Under the pieces are notes generated by a model. That model was not told the origin of the DNA and made no database searches. It saw nothing but the letters and a program-made list of their open reading frames with translations. Below are positions 50,124 to 59,959 of a stretch of DNA of 64,000 nucleotides, piece after piece. Positions within the stretch are counted from its first letter, which is position 1. Every line of letters begins with the position of its first letter. This stretch comes from Deltaproteobacteria bacterium (GTDB taxonomy: Bacteria > UBA10199 > JADGCS01), in contig JADGCS010000001.1 of the NCBI GenBank assembly GCA_015228875.1, positions 55,886 to 119,885 of the forward strand. The letters are read 5' to 3'. Both the position numbers and the translations under genes were made by a program.

Positions 50124-50747
50124 ATGCAGTTTCGCAATCACCTCATCAACTTACTTGCCGACCCTGTCAAAATACGTGTGTATCAAGCATTATCTCTCCA
50201 CACTGTCGGCTTGACCGGCAGGGCACTGGGCCAGATCGTTGAAACCTCGCCTTTTAAGATCAATCAGGTCCTGAAATATCTGGTTGAACAGGGGCTTGTT
50301 ATCCAAACCGTCCTGGGGAAGGCCCATCGCTACAGCCTCAACCTCGAACACGTCTTTATCAAAAGTGCCATGATGGCTCTGCTCAAGTCTGAGAAAGACA
50401 TTTTAAAAAACATGGGGCGCATGATGACCAACAGGCTCTCCCCAAAGCCTCTGGCCATTATCCTTTACGGGAGTGTCGCGCGGGGAGACGAGGGGGCGAG
50501 GAGCGATCTGGACCTCCTTGTTGTCTTTGGAGACCGGCCCCCTTCTTCGAAGGTACTCATAAAAAAGTTTGAAGACATCCCCCTTATGTACGGCAATTTC
50601 CCGTCGATCACATGTGTTGGACTGTCTGACTTTCTGTCGCCAGACAGTGCCCACCAGGCGTTGATGAGGCACATTAAAAAAGAGGGTAAAAGCATTGCGG
50701 GTTTATCAGTCACTGCATTAATAAGCAAATATGGTCACAAAAGTTAA
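50124..50747 (+). CDS. Minimal nucleotidyltransferase (MNT) with N-terminal winged-helix DNA-binding domain
   Basis: LYGSVARGDEGARSDLDLLVVF matches the GS-x9-DxD nucleotidyltransferase motif. Confidence 0.7.
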   Translation: MQFRNHLINLLADPVKIRVYQALSLHTVGLTGRALGQIVETSPFKINQVLKYLVEQGLVIQTVLGKAHRYSLNLEHVFIKSAMMALLKSEKDILKNMGRMMTNRLSPKPLAIILYGSVARGDEGARSDLDLLVVFGDRPPSSKVLIKKFEDIPLMYGNFPSITCVGLSDFLSPDSAHQALMRHIKKEGKSIAGLSVTALISKYGHKS

Positions 50748-51135
50748 CACAGTCGCTGTTATAAAAAACGAATACAAAAGCTACAAAAAAAAGGCCGACC
50801 AGTTCTTTGCGGTTATGAACATGTGTCTCGAAGACCGAGAATGGGACGCTGTTTTTCTTAATGGCCTGCACGCGGTGATCAGTATCAGTGATGCCCTGTG
50901 CGTTTTTCAACTCGGGCAGAGGAGCACCGGGCGCTCTCATACCGACGCATCAAAACTGCTTCAACAGGCTTACCCCACGGCCGAAGGAAAAAAACGCGCC
51001 GGTCAGTTTTTTGAAATGATTAATATTAAAAACGAGGTCGAATACACACCACGCCTGTTTCAAGAAGGCGAGGCCCGCACGTTTTCCCTCAAAGTCAGCC
51101 GGTTTATAGAATGGGCGGTCAAGAAGCTGCCTTAG
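50731..51135 (+). CDS. HEPN-domain protein (partner of MNT)
   Basis: Overlaps the MNT stop. An R-x5-H motif (RSTGRSH) sits in a helical protein of about 130 aa. Confidence 0.6.
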   Translation: MVTKVNTVAVIKNEYKSYKKKADQFFAVMNMCLEDREWDAVFLNGLHAVISISDALCVFQLGQRSTGRSHTDASKLLQQAYPTAEGKKRAGQFFEMINIKNEVEYTPRLFQEGEARTFSLKVSRFIEWAVKKLP

Positions 51136-51282
51136 TGCCTTAGTACCTCGATTCATAAACATGGCAACATATTTATTCACTCGGCACCCAGTACTGAGTG
51201 AGCAAAAATATAATTCAATGGTAATCAAATTACGTTACCGTATTTGCGAATCGAAGTACTTAGTGGGGTGTTACCGCGCGGT

Positions 51283-53793
51283 TTATTCTGTCACCTGCAA
51301 GACACCACCAATCACTGCAGGGGCATCTGTGACAGTTGGTTGTGTCCCGATATTTGGTACTGTATACAGCGAGGCATCCGGCAGGTCGTATGTGGTGAGG
51401 CTTAAACCCGCGCCTGTGCACTCGGAGGTTGCGACAGAAGTCATCTGTTGTTCTCTCTCAAGGGCCTTAACGTAGTAGGTGGTATTGGTTGCGATGTCTG
51501 TTACCGCTGCCCCGTTTGCAATCGCAAACTCGGGGACCCAACGTATAAAGACGTCACCATCCATACCCTCGGCACAGTTTACCTCGGTCCCCGTGTCTTC
51601 GTTGATGCACTTGCCCGGGATCCCCCAGAGGTCACCGTGTCCCTCGTAACTCAGATAGTACTTGGCCCCCGTGGTGTGTGTGTATTCAACCATGACGGGG
51701 TGATCGAAGGTCACAAATGTACCATTGGCATCTTTGATAAGGGACAGCTTTTGGTGATTCTCGGGGCCTGTCTCCCATGTGTAGTATTCATCGAGGTCCC
51801 AGATTTTAAACGTGCAGGTCTGGTTTGCGTCCCAGTCGCAGGCAAGGCCCGAGAAGGATGCGGGGTCGATGAGCGTCCCCATCCAGATCCCCCAAGGATA
51901 GGCCGCGTTGGTACTGGAGAGGACCACATCACTCGTGCCATGGATGAGTTGCATGGTGTCTTCGTTAAAACTGTAGCTTGCGTAATTTGTACCCGCAGCG
52001 AGGCTGCCGGGTGCGGTGTTAAATGCCAGGTCCTGATAGGACGTCCCCGCATCAGCGGCCCATGTGCTTGCCTCAAAGTAGGGATTTTCGGTTGTGATCG
52101 CTGTGGGATCGATACAGTTTTCGAAGCAGGCAAAGGACGCTGGGATTTCGGTATCACCGGGCATGACGTACTCATTGCGGTAGAAGATGACCTGCGTTAA
52201 ACCGGTGAGGGGGATGAGTTCGTTATTTGCGTTTCTCAATTTAACGCGCCCATGACCGCCGAGTGATTCGGCCCAAAAGCCAAAGTCCCAGTCGTTATCA
52301 GTAAAGGTGATCACTACCGGTGTGATGTCTTCCCAGTACCAAGTGGTTTCGTTCATCTGCGCGACCTTGTAGAGTTTGTCTTCTGTGGCGTTCCATTCGA
52401 CCCGGTAGTTGGTGCAGCCGTTTTGATCACAACTTCCCCAGTTGAGGGGGACACCGGCAATCTCATCGAGGGTGACTGTGTCCCTTGTGTGCCTGACAAG
52501 CTTGCCCCCTGCTACAAAGAGTTCGTACTCCTCTTCTGCAGACTCGCCCCCAGGACCCCACGACATTTTTTGCACGGTATCACCCGATTCGAGGCTGACA
52601 TCGCCGTTTACCCACAGCCCCCAGTAACCGACATAACCGTGGTGGTCTTCGATGCCATCATTGTATTTTATCGGGAATCCTGAGTCCAGTTCAAGACGCG
52701 CCCCGGGAGTCTGTGATGTTTCATGGTGGTAAAGACTGTATCTAAAGACAATGTCGTGATAAGCCGCGCGTGAAAGACACAATTCGGAGCTATCGGCGGC
52801 ATTGGACCTGTAAAAATAGTTGTCGTTGTAGGCAAGATTAAATGTATCGGACTTGTTGGTGCTGTATAAAGTTTTAAAAAGGTCCATCGAATCATACGTC
52901 TCTGTGTTGGAGATAGTCCCCGAACCTGCAGAACCATTGGTGTTGCGGGCCATGGTCACTGCCTGCGTGTATTCTGCATAACCAAAAGAACCCGTGTTAT
53001 AAAACTGCAGCATGATCTGGCCGTCGTCGTCGTATGTGCGCATGTGACCTGTCATGACCTGCGGCCCCCTTGAACCATCATCTAAAACATCGTAACCGGC
53101 AAAGTTCATGGTGAAGATACCAAGGGGGTTTGCCTCGGAGGCGGATTCTTCGATCTCCAGTCTGGCATCAATGAACATGGCTGGTTCTGAATGAAATTCG
53201 TCGCCACTGCCTTCTTGCTTAAACCAGACCGAGACAACCTGTCCTGATGTGTCCGTCTCGCGATAGGAGTTGACGGTCCAGAGTTCATACTCCGGTGCTG
53301 AGCCGCTTGAGGATTGATCTTGTGAGCTTTGTCCCGCCGACTGGGCATTATCCTTGTTTGACGAGCACTGTGTGGTGTCGATCATCGCCAAATAATCACC
53401 CGCGTTGAGCATGGCATAGTATTGAGTCTGGTCTGTCATGCAGAGGATCTGGTTGATGAGATCGAAAACCTCTGCCGATCTTTCGTGCACATAAGTGAAG
53501 GTTATGTCGTTGTGATAGTCAGAATCGGCGGGCAAGTCGGCTACGGCGTACTGAAGCTTTGTGAGAGTCTTTGCAAGACCCGCGCTGATGGCAGTTGACG
53601 CTGTGGTCTGGGCATCGACAACGCTGACCTGTTCTGCCAGGGTGAGTGACTGCGAGGCAAGTCCCACAGCCCCCGCGCCGCCTTCGGTGGTCGCCGAAGT
53701 ACTGATGGCACTGCCCCCGCCGCCAAAACAGTGCAGGATGAGCATGGCCAGACACACGATGACGAGGCTCAACAATTGTTGGTGTTTTTTCAT
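51283..53793 (-). CDS. Large secreted hypothetical protein (836 aa)
   Basis: Signal peptide MKKHQQLLSLVIVCLAMLIL, G/S/T-rich, no recognisable catalytic motif. Confidence 0.5.
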   Translation of the reverse strand: MKKHQQLLSLVIVCLAMLILHCFGGGGSAISTSATTEGGAGAVGLASQSLTLAEQVSVVDAQTTASTAISAGLAKTLTKLQYAVADLPADSDYHNDITFTYVHERSAEVFDLINQILCMTDQTQYYAMLNAGDYLAMIDTTQCSSNKDNAQSAGQSSQDQSSSGSAPEYELWTVNSYRETDTSGQVVSVWFKQEGSGDEFHSEPAMFIDARLEIEESASEANPLGIFTMNFAGYDVLDDGSRGPQVMTGHMRTYDDDGQIMLQFYNTGSFGYAEYTQAVTMARNTNGSAGSGTISNTETYDSMDLFKTLYSTNKSDTFNLAYNDNYFYRSNAADSSELCLSRAAYHDIVFRYSLYHHETSQTPGARLELDSGFPIKYNDGIEDHHGYVGYWGLWVNGDVSLESGDTVQKMSWGPGGESAEEEYELFVAGGKLVRHTRDTVTLDEIAGVPLNWGSCDQNGCTNYRVEWNATEDKLYKVAQMNETTWYWEDITPVVITFTDNDWDFGFWAESLGGHGRVKLRNANNELIPLTGLTQVIFYRNEYVMPGDTEIPASFACFENCIDPTAITTENPYFEASTWAADAGTSYQDLAFNTAPGSLAAGTNYASYSFNEDTMQLIHGTSDVVLSSTNAAYPWGIWMGTLIDPASFSGLACDWDANQTCTFKIWDLDEYYTWETGPENHQKLSLIKDANGTFVTFDHPVMVEYTHTTGAKYYLSYEGHGDLWGIPGKCINEDTGTEVNCAEGMDGDVFIRWVPEFAIANGAAVTDIATNTTYYVKALEREQQMTSVATSECTGAGLSLTTYDLPDASLYTVPNIGTQPTVTDAPAVIGGVLQVTE

Positions 53794-53991
53794 GGCTACT
53801 CCTTTATGCCCACGTTTGCGCCGAGTGCTTTAAACACTGCAGACAGCAGAGAACGCCAGCATTAAGTTTATAGGTTGGATCGGATAGGAGCCCACTATCA
53901 CACATGCGGATAAAACGCAAAAAACGATTTTTTCCCCCGCGAGCCAATGCACAACGCCTTATTGTAAACCAAAAATGACGCTGTTGCAATA

Positions 53992-54083
53992 GAACCTTGG
54001 AAGGTTTTTTCTACGCGTTTCGACATCAATTTTTGCATGGTGTCCGCCCGCGTAGTTTTTTCGGATTTATGCGGGTTATGGGA
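53992..54083 (+). repeat. Repeat family B copy
   Basis: gaaccttggaaggttttttctacgcgtttcgacatcaatttttgcatggtgtccgcccgcgtagttttttcggatttatgcgggttatgg. Confidence 0.85.
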
Positions 54084-54154
54084 GCTGAGCCACATCTCTT
54101 TTGACAGACGGGCTCAATACATTATAGCGGTGTTAAGTCCTGCAGGCGTTTGTC

Positions 54155-55522
54155 ATGAACAAAAACACATCATTTTACAAATCACTCAAATACTCCATTT
54201 ACGACGGCAGCGCCCACGCGGTCATGGTGGGGGCGGGTGAGAGTTATCTCATGGCCTATGTTGTGGCCCTGGGGTTCAGTAATTTTGCGATTGGTCTGAC
54301 AGCATCTATTCCCCTCCTCATTGCCGCTTGTTCACAGCTCTACATTGTCAATCGGGCCGGGGACATCACCTCACGCAGGTTTTTTATTGTGAGACTGGCA
54401 CTGCTGCAGGGCGCAATGTGGATTCCGTTGATGGTCCTTCCGGCCCTTCTGCCCGCGTACAGGGTCTCTGTGGTGGTTCTTCTGCTGATCCTCTACCACA
54501 GTTGTATCCATCTAGCCACACCCGTCTGGAACTCGTGGATGGCGGACCTTGTGGACCCCGCAAAAAGGGGGGATTACTTTGGCACACGAAACAAATATCG
54601 TGCCTTGTCTGAGGTCATTGCCTATCTCATCTGCGGTTTTATTCTGCAATTTATGTCAACAGATGATTCGCTTGACGGATTTTATATTATTTTCTGCGTG
54701 GCCTTTGCGGCAAGGGGCGTGTCTGCCCTGTTTCTGCACAAAATAGAAGAACCCACTTACCAGAGACCACAGGCAGAGGACCAGTTTACCTTTCTTGAGT
54801 TTTTAAAAAAGGCTCCCCATAACAACTTCGGCAGATTTGTGTTGTTTAATTTTTGTCTGATCGCGGGGTCGTTTCTCGCAAGCCCTTTCTTTACGGCCTA
54901 CATGCTCAAAACACTGCACTTTAGTTACATTGAGCTTGTGGCAATCTATGCCACATGCCTTGTCTTCCAATTCTTTTTTTATCACAGTTGGGGGATCATT
55001 GCAGATCGTTATGGCAATATCCGCGTCCTCAAGGTGACAGCACTTGGGCTGTCTGTCATCCCTGTTTTGTGGGTCCTCACCCGTAATTTCTGGTGCATCA
55101 TTTTTTTTCAGTTTTTGGCAGGTGTGACCTGGTCAGGCTATCTTTTAACCTCATCCAATTTTATCTATGATGCGGTCTCGCAGAAAAGGCTGCAGCGCTG
55201 TGTTGCCTACTTTAATTTTATGGGGAATTTTGCCATTTTTATCGGCGCCTTGTGTGGCGGCGCCATCACAAGGATCTATGATTTTTTCCTGGGGGACTTA
55301 TGTCACATGATGCCGCAGGGTTTTGTATATTACCTGCTGTTTACTCTCTCGTCTGTTTTAAGACTCCTTGCGGTGGTCTTTTTTGCAGAACGCCTTAAGG
55401 ATGTGCGTCCCGTACAACAGGGCAGTCTCTTTAAACTGCTTGGTGACTTTATGACTGTGAGTCTCACCTTTGAATCCGGCGGGCGCAGGAGGCCACAGCA
55501 GCAAGACGATTTAAAAAAATAA
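54155..55522 (+). CDS. MFS transporter
   Basis: Twelve predicted transmembrane segments in a typical MFS layout. Confidence 0.7.
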   Translation: MNKNTSFYKSLKYSIYDGSAHAVMVGAGESYLMAYVVALGFSNFAIGLTASIPLLIAACSQLYIVNRAGDITSRRFFIVRLALLQGAMWIPLMVLPALLPAYRVSVVVLLLILYHSCIHLATPVWNSWMADLVDPAKRGDYFGTRNKYRALSEVIAYLICGFILQFMSTDDSLDGFYIIFCVAFAARGVSALFLHKIEEPTYQRPQAEDQFTFLEFLKKAPHNNFGRFVLFNFCLIAGSFLASPFFTAYMLKTLHFSYIELVAIYATCLVFQFFFYHSWGIIADRYGNIRVLKVTALGLSVIPVLWVLTRNFWCIIFFQFLAGVTWSGYLLTSSNFIYDAVSQKRLQRCVAYFNFMGNFAIFIGALCGGAITRIYDFFLGDLCHMMPQGFVYYLLFTLSSVLRLLAVVFFAERLKDVRPVQQGSLFKLLGDFMTVSLTFESGGRRRPQQQDDLKK

Positions 55523-55819
55523 TCAATGGCAAATGACCTGCGTGTTGTTTTTTTGGGGGCCTTGTTGCTCCTCCATCCTTTTTATGATTTCCTGTTCTTG
55601 TTGTTTGGCTTCGAGTTTTTTTTGGTTACGGTGTCTTTTGTATGCACGTTTTTCTTCGAGCGTGTAGTTTTGCGGGTCCCTCTGGGTATTTCCCTTAAAA
55701 CCGGAGCCGATAAACTCCACCGCGGGCGATAACACGGCACAGTTCTGCACACCGAGGGATAAAATCAGGGTTGCTAAGACAGTCAAATGGCGATATTTTG
55801 CGGAGTCTAAAGAGGTCAT
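55523..55819 (-). CDS. Small secreted basic protein (hypothetical)
   Basis: Signal-peptide-like N-terminus and K/E/Q-rich tail; weak evidence. Confidence 0.25.
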   Translation of the reverse strand: MTSLDSAKYRHLTVLATLILSLGVQNCAVLSPAVEFIGSGFKGNTQRDPQNYTLEEKRAYKRHRNQKKLEAKQQEQEIIKRMEEQQGPQKNNTQVICH

Positions 55820-55827
55820 CTATGATA

Positions 55828-56727
55828 TTGAAACATGTTTTTATATTTTTACTACTTATGGTCCTGATTCCGCAACATTCCTTTGCAGAACTCACAAAAA
55901 GACACAACATCCCTCACGACGGTGTGATTAATCTCTACTCCTACCACTTCAACGAATTTCTCCATATAAAGTACCTCGATGAACAGGGTCGCTGGATTGA
56001 AAGTGCCTACAAAAAAATAAATTACATCCTCAGATCACGCAAGGACAATCAGGAGATCAACATGAGCAAACCGCTCGTTGAGCTTGCGGATCACCTGCAG
56101 GATCACTTTAAGGCCGATACCATAGAGGTCATCAGCGCCTACCGCAGCCCCGAGTTTAACAAGGCCCTCAGAGATGCGGGCCGCAATGTGGGAGAAAAGA
56201 GTTATCATATAAAAGGCATGGCCATGGATATTCACATCGACGAGGTCCGTGAAACAACCCTGCGTGATTATCTCTTGTCACTGAGGATGGGCGGTGTGGG
56301 TTACTACGGGCCAGAACTCATGGTACACATGGACCTTGGCCCTGTTCGTCAATGGCAGGGCGGTGCGTTTAAAGACAATACCGAGATCGGTTATTTTTCA
56401 AAGGGTCCGATAAAAATCAGGACCGACCGGTTGTATTATCGTAAAGACGCGGCTCTGCGCATATCAATGGAAGGGTTCGTGCCCACAGGGGGGACAAAAC
56501 TTGTTTTGCAAAAATTTTACCGCGGTCATTTTGTAAAAGCGGGTGATTGCTCTTTTCTCCTTGCCCAAAAACGGGCCGGGGCCACTGGACAGGTGGGGAT
56601 AGTGACCACTGTACGTGATGTCACGGGCGCAATGACATCCCAAAGCCCCCTTGGAAGATTCAGACTGAGGCTTCAGGGCAGGGGACAGTGGCAGAATTCA
56701 AACGAGTTTTACATTAAGGGGATTTAA
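55828..56727 (+). CDS. DUF882 / peptidase M15-like (YcbK-type) secreted protein
   Basis: Signal peptide, then VISAYRSPEFN...SYHIKGMAMDIHID, a motif typical of DUF882. Confidence 0.7.
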   Translation: MKHVFIFLLLMVLIPQHSFAELTKRHNIPHDGVINLYSYHFNEFLHIKYLDEQGRWIESAYKKINYILRSRKDNQEINMSKPLVELADHLQDHFKADTIEVISAYRSPEFNKALRDAGRNVGEKSYHIKGMAMDIHIDEVRETTLRDYLLSLRMGGVGYYGPELMVHMDLGPVRQWQGGAFKDNTEIGYFSKGPIKIRTDRLYYRKDAALRISMEGFVPTGGTKLVLQKFYRGHFVKAGDCSFLLAQKRAGATGQVGIVTTVRDVTGAMTSQSPLGRFRLRLQGRGQWQNSNEFYIKGI

Positions 56728-56750
56728 AATTATAAACGGGACGATACCCC

Positions 56751-57317
56751 ATGTTGCTCTTAATCGACAATTATGATTCCTTTACCTACAATCTGGTGCA
56801 GTACCTTGGGGAACTGGGGGCCGATGTTGTGGTCAAACTGCACGATCAAATCAACTGCGATGACATCGACAGCCTGCAACCCGATCACATTGTTATTTCA
56901 CCCGGTCCCTTAACCCCAGACGAAGCGGGGATCTCAATTGAAGTGGTCAGGAGATTTTCGGGCCGCATCCCGATATTGGGTGTTTGTCTTGGTCACCAAA
57001 GTATTGGAGCGGCGTTTGGTGCCCACGTGATTAAGGCTCCAGTGGTGATGCACGGAAAAACATCCAAAATCTATCATGACGGGAAAACTATATACAAAGG
57101 GCTTCCGGTGCCTTTTGAGGCGACACGTTATCATTCACTGGTGATTGACAGGGACGCCTTGCCCAGTGAACTGGAAATCTCTGCAACAACTGATGACGGT
57201 GTCATCATGGGCGTGCGACACAAACACCACCCAACAGAGGGTGTGCAGTTTCACCCCGAGTCTGTTCTGACTCATGAGGGCAAAAGGCTCTTGGGAAATT
57301 TTATTGAATGTGTGTGA
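56751..57317 (+). CDS. pabA: Glutamine amidotransferase, anthranilate/aminodeoxychorismate synthase component II
   Basis: LLIDNYDSFTYNL...ILGVCLGHQSI...HPES. Confidence 0.85.
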   Translation: MLLLIDNYDSFTYNLVQYLGELGADVVVKLHDQINCDDIDSLQPDHIVISPGPLTPDEAGISIEVVRRFSGRIPILGVCLGHQSIGAAFGAHVIKAPVVMHGKTSKIYHDGKTIYKGLPVPFEATRYHSLVIDRDALPSELEISATTDDGVIMGVRHKHHPTEGVQFHPESVLTHEGKRLLGNFIECV

Positions 57318-57323
57318 ATCATT

Positions 57324-58034
57324 ATGAACAACACAGTCATCAAAAACAAAACGGCGGTCATTATCCCTGCGGGGGGTGCAAGCCTGCGTTTTGGAGGCGG
57401 GCAAAAAAAACAGTTTGTCACACTCAACGGCAGACCTGTTGTTAACCACAGCATTGCAGCCTTTATCAATCACCCCGCTGTGACAGAGATCGTGGTCTGT
57501 CTCCCCAAAGAAGACCTTGATCACCCCGAGATCATCCATGATAAAAAAATCCGCAGGGTCGAGGGTGGCGGTACGCGAAGCAGCTCTGTCCATAAGGGTT
57601 TTAGTCACCTTACAAACACAGATGACAACACCGTGGTCCTCATCCACGACGCCGCGAGGCCCATTTTATCAAGGTGCCTCATCGATGCGGTGATTGAGGC
57701 GACGCTCAAGGGTGGTGCGGCCATCCCCGTTACCAGACTGACCGACACGATCAAAGAGGTCGATGATCACAAGACCGTCATTAAAACACTCAACCGCGAA
57801 CACTTAAGGGCTGTGCAAACCCCGCAGGGGTTTTTGTACGGAATCTTAAATAAGGCGTATCGGTTCCCTGCCTTTGATGACCCTCGGTACACCGATGAGG
57901 CCTTGCTTGTAGAAGAAACGGGCCAGACAGTATCGGTGGTTGATGGGGAGAGGGAGAACATCAAGATCACTAATCAGTTTGATCTTAAGGTGGCAGAGGC
58001 GATATTGAGCCGGACATGGGGGGGGCTGCCATGA
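57324..58034 (+). CDS. ispD: 2-C-methyl-D-erythritol 4-phosphate cytidylyltransferase
   Basis: AVIIPAGGASLRFG...KQF motif. Confidence 0.9.
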   Translation: MNNTVIKNKTAVIIPAGGASLRFGGGQKKQFVTLNGRPVVNHSIAAFINHPAVTEIVVCLPKEDLDHPEIIHDKKIRRVEGGGTRSSSVHKGFSHLTNTDDNTVVLIHDAARPILSRCLIDAVIEATLKGGAAIPVTRLTDTIKEVDDHKTVIKTLNREHLRAVQTPQGFLYGILNKAYRFPAFDDPRYTDEALLVEETGQTVSVVDGERENIKITNQFDLKVAEAILSRTWGGLP

Positions 58035-58510
58035 AATTTCATACCGGTATCGGCTACGATGTCCATAAACTGGTCAGGGGCAGGGACTGCATCATAGGCG
58101 GTGTCAAGTTTGATCACACGCACGGACTTCTGGGCCACTCCGATGCCGATGTGCTTTTGCATGCGGTCTGTGATGCCCTCTTGGGAGCACTTGCCCTGGG
58201 TGATATCGGCGATCATTTTCCCGACAGAGACCCCAGGTATAAAAATATTGACTCCCGCATTCTTTTAAAAAAAACCTACCAGATGATTTTAGACCGGGGC
58301 TATGTGCTCAACAACCTCGACACCATCATCGTCTGCGAAGACCCAAAAATAAAGCCCCGCAGGCAGGAGATCATCAGCACCCTTGCAGAAATATTAGCAG
58401 CAGACAAGACACAGATCTCCGTCAAGGCCACAACCGAGGAACACATGGGCTTTACAGGCCGCTGTGAGGGGATCAAGGCCTGGGCTTATGTTTCAATAGT
58501 GGAGAAATAA
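58031..58510 (+). CDS. ispF: 2-C-methyl-D-erythritol 2,4-cyclodiphosphate synthase
   Basis: GIGYDVHKL...GHSDADVLLHA motif. ATGA overlap with ispD. Confidence 0.9.
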   Translation: MKFHTGIGYDVHKLVRGRDCIIGGVKFDHTHGLLGHSDADVLLHAVCDALLGALALGDIGDHFPDRDPRYKNIDSRILLKKTYQMILDRGYVLNNLDTIIVCEDPKIKPRRQEIISTLAEILAADKTQISVKATTEEHMGFTGRCEGIKAWAYVSIVEK

Positions 58511-59950
58511 ATGCAGATTTACAACACACTCACAAGAAAAAAAGAAGACCTGATCCCCTTGGAGGCGGGCAGGGTTAAAATGTACGCCTGCGGGATCACG
58601 GTCTACGACTTCTGCCACCTGGGACACGCGCGGGCGCTGCTCACCTACGATATCATTGCCCGCTACCTTAAATATAAAGGTTATCAGGTCCTGTTTGTGC
58701 GCAACATCACCGACATCGACGACAAAATCATCAACCGCGCCAATGAGAGGGGAATTGATTATCGTGACCTCACAAAACAATACATCGGTTATTTTTATGA
58801 AGACACAAATACCCTTGGTCTTTTAAGACCTGATCACGAACCCCGCGCGACGGACTGCATTGCCGAAATCATAGCCCTCGTCCAGGGTCTCATCGATAAA
58901 GACCTTGCTTACAACGTGCATGGCGACGTCTTTTATGCGGTGCGAAAGTTTAAGGGGTACGGTAAACTCTCCGGAAAAAATATCGAAGAGTTGAGCTCCG
59001 GCGCGCGAGTGGATGTCAACGAGGCCAAAAGGGACCCGCTTGACTTTGCACTGTGGAAGGCCGCCAAGCTTAACGAGCCAAGCTGGGACTCGCCTTGGGG
59101 CAAGGGCCGGCCCGGGTGGCACATCGAGTGTTCGGCGATGAGCATGAAATACCTCTCTGCGACCTTCGACATCCACGGTGGGGGGCGTGACCTGATCTTC
59201 CCGCATCACGAAAACGAAATCGCGCAGTCCGAGGGTTTTACGGACAAGCCATTTGCGCGGTACTGGTTTCATAACGGTTTTGTAAACATCAACACGGAAA
59301 AAATGAGCAAGTCGCTGGGTAACTTTAAAACCATCAGGGATATTCTGCAAAAATTTCCCGCCGAGGTTGTCAGGTTTTTTATCCTCTCGTCCCACTACCG
59401 TTCACCGCTCGATTACACCGATCAAAATATTTTCGACGCCGTCACAAGCCTCGAAAGATACTATGAGACCAAAAAGAGACTCAAAGATTATTGCGCACAA
59501 GGTCTTGATCCCGCGAGCCCTGAAAAATTGGGGGACAAGATCGCCGCATTTAAAAACGATTTTATCACATCGATGGACGATGACTTTAATACAGCAAAGG
59601 TTGTGGGTGCGGTCTTCGAATGGGTGCGGGTGTGGAACAAACTGCTCGACGAAGGCAGAGCGCTGTGTGATGACATCAGGGTGTTTTTTAATGTTATAGA
59701 AGAGATCCACCAGACCCTTGGCATGTTTGGATCAGATCCAGATGTGTTTTTGACCGAACTAAAAAACAAAAGGGTGACGCAAACGGCCGTGTCGCCCGAA
59801 TCGATCGAGGGTCTCATCGCAGAGAGGCAGGGCGCACGCAAGGGCAAAAACTTTAAACGCTCCGACGAGATCAGGGATGAACTTCTCAAAAACGGCATTG
59901 TGCTCAAGGATCACCCCGACGGCACAACGAGCTGGACTGTGAAAGGGTAA
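58511..59950 (+). CDS. cysS: Cysteine--tRNA ligase
   Basis: HLGHAR (HIGH) and KMSKSLGN motifs. Confidence 0.95.
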   Translation: MQIYNTLTRKKEDLIPLEAGRVKMYACGITVYDFCHLGHARALLTYDIIARYLKYKGYQVLFVRNITDIDDKIINRANERGIDYRDLTKQYIGYFYEDTNTLGLLRPDHEPRATDCIAEIIALVQGLIDKDLAYNVHGDVFYAVRKFKGYGKLSGKNIEELSSGARVDVNEAKRDPLDFALWKAAKLNEPSWDSPWGKGRPGWHIECSAMSMKYLSATFDIHGGGRDLIFPHHENEIAQSEGFTDKPFARYWFHNGFVNINTEKMSKSLGNFKTIRDILQKFPAEVVRFFILSSHYRSPLDYTDQNIFDAVTSLERYYETKKRLKDYCAQGLDPASPEKLGDKIAAFKNDFITSMDDDFNTAKVVGAVFEWVRVWNKLLDEGRALCDDIRVFFNVIEEIHQTLGMFGSDPDVFLTELKNKRVTQTAVSPESIEGLIAERQGARKGKNFKRSDEIRDELLKNGIVLKDHPDGTTSWTVKG

Positions 59951-59959
59951 AGGTTCTCA

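Noticed and set aside
53898-54095. Short ORFs translated from repeat family B (53898..54095, 61515..61742, 61544..61771, and the N-terminal extension of 14993..15625)
   Set aside because: Their peptides recur because the DNA repeat recurs. There is no RBS, they sit in intergenic 3' regions, and they are artefacts of the repeats.
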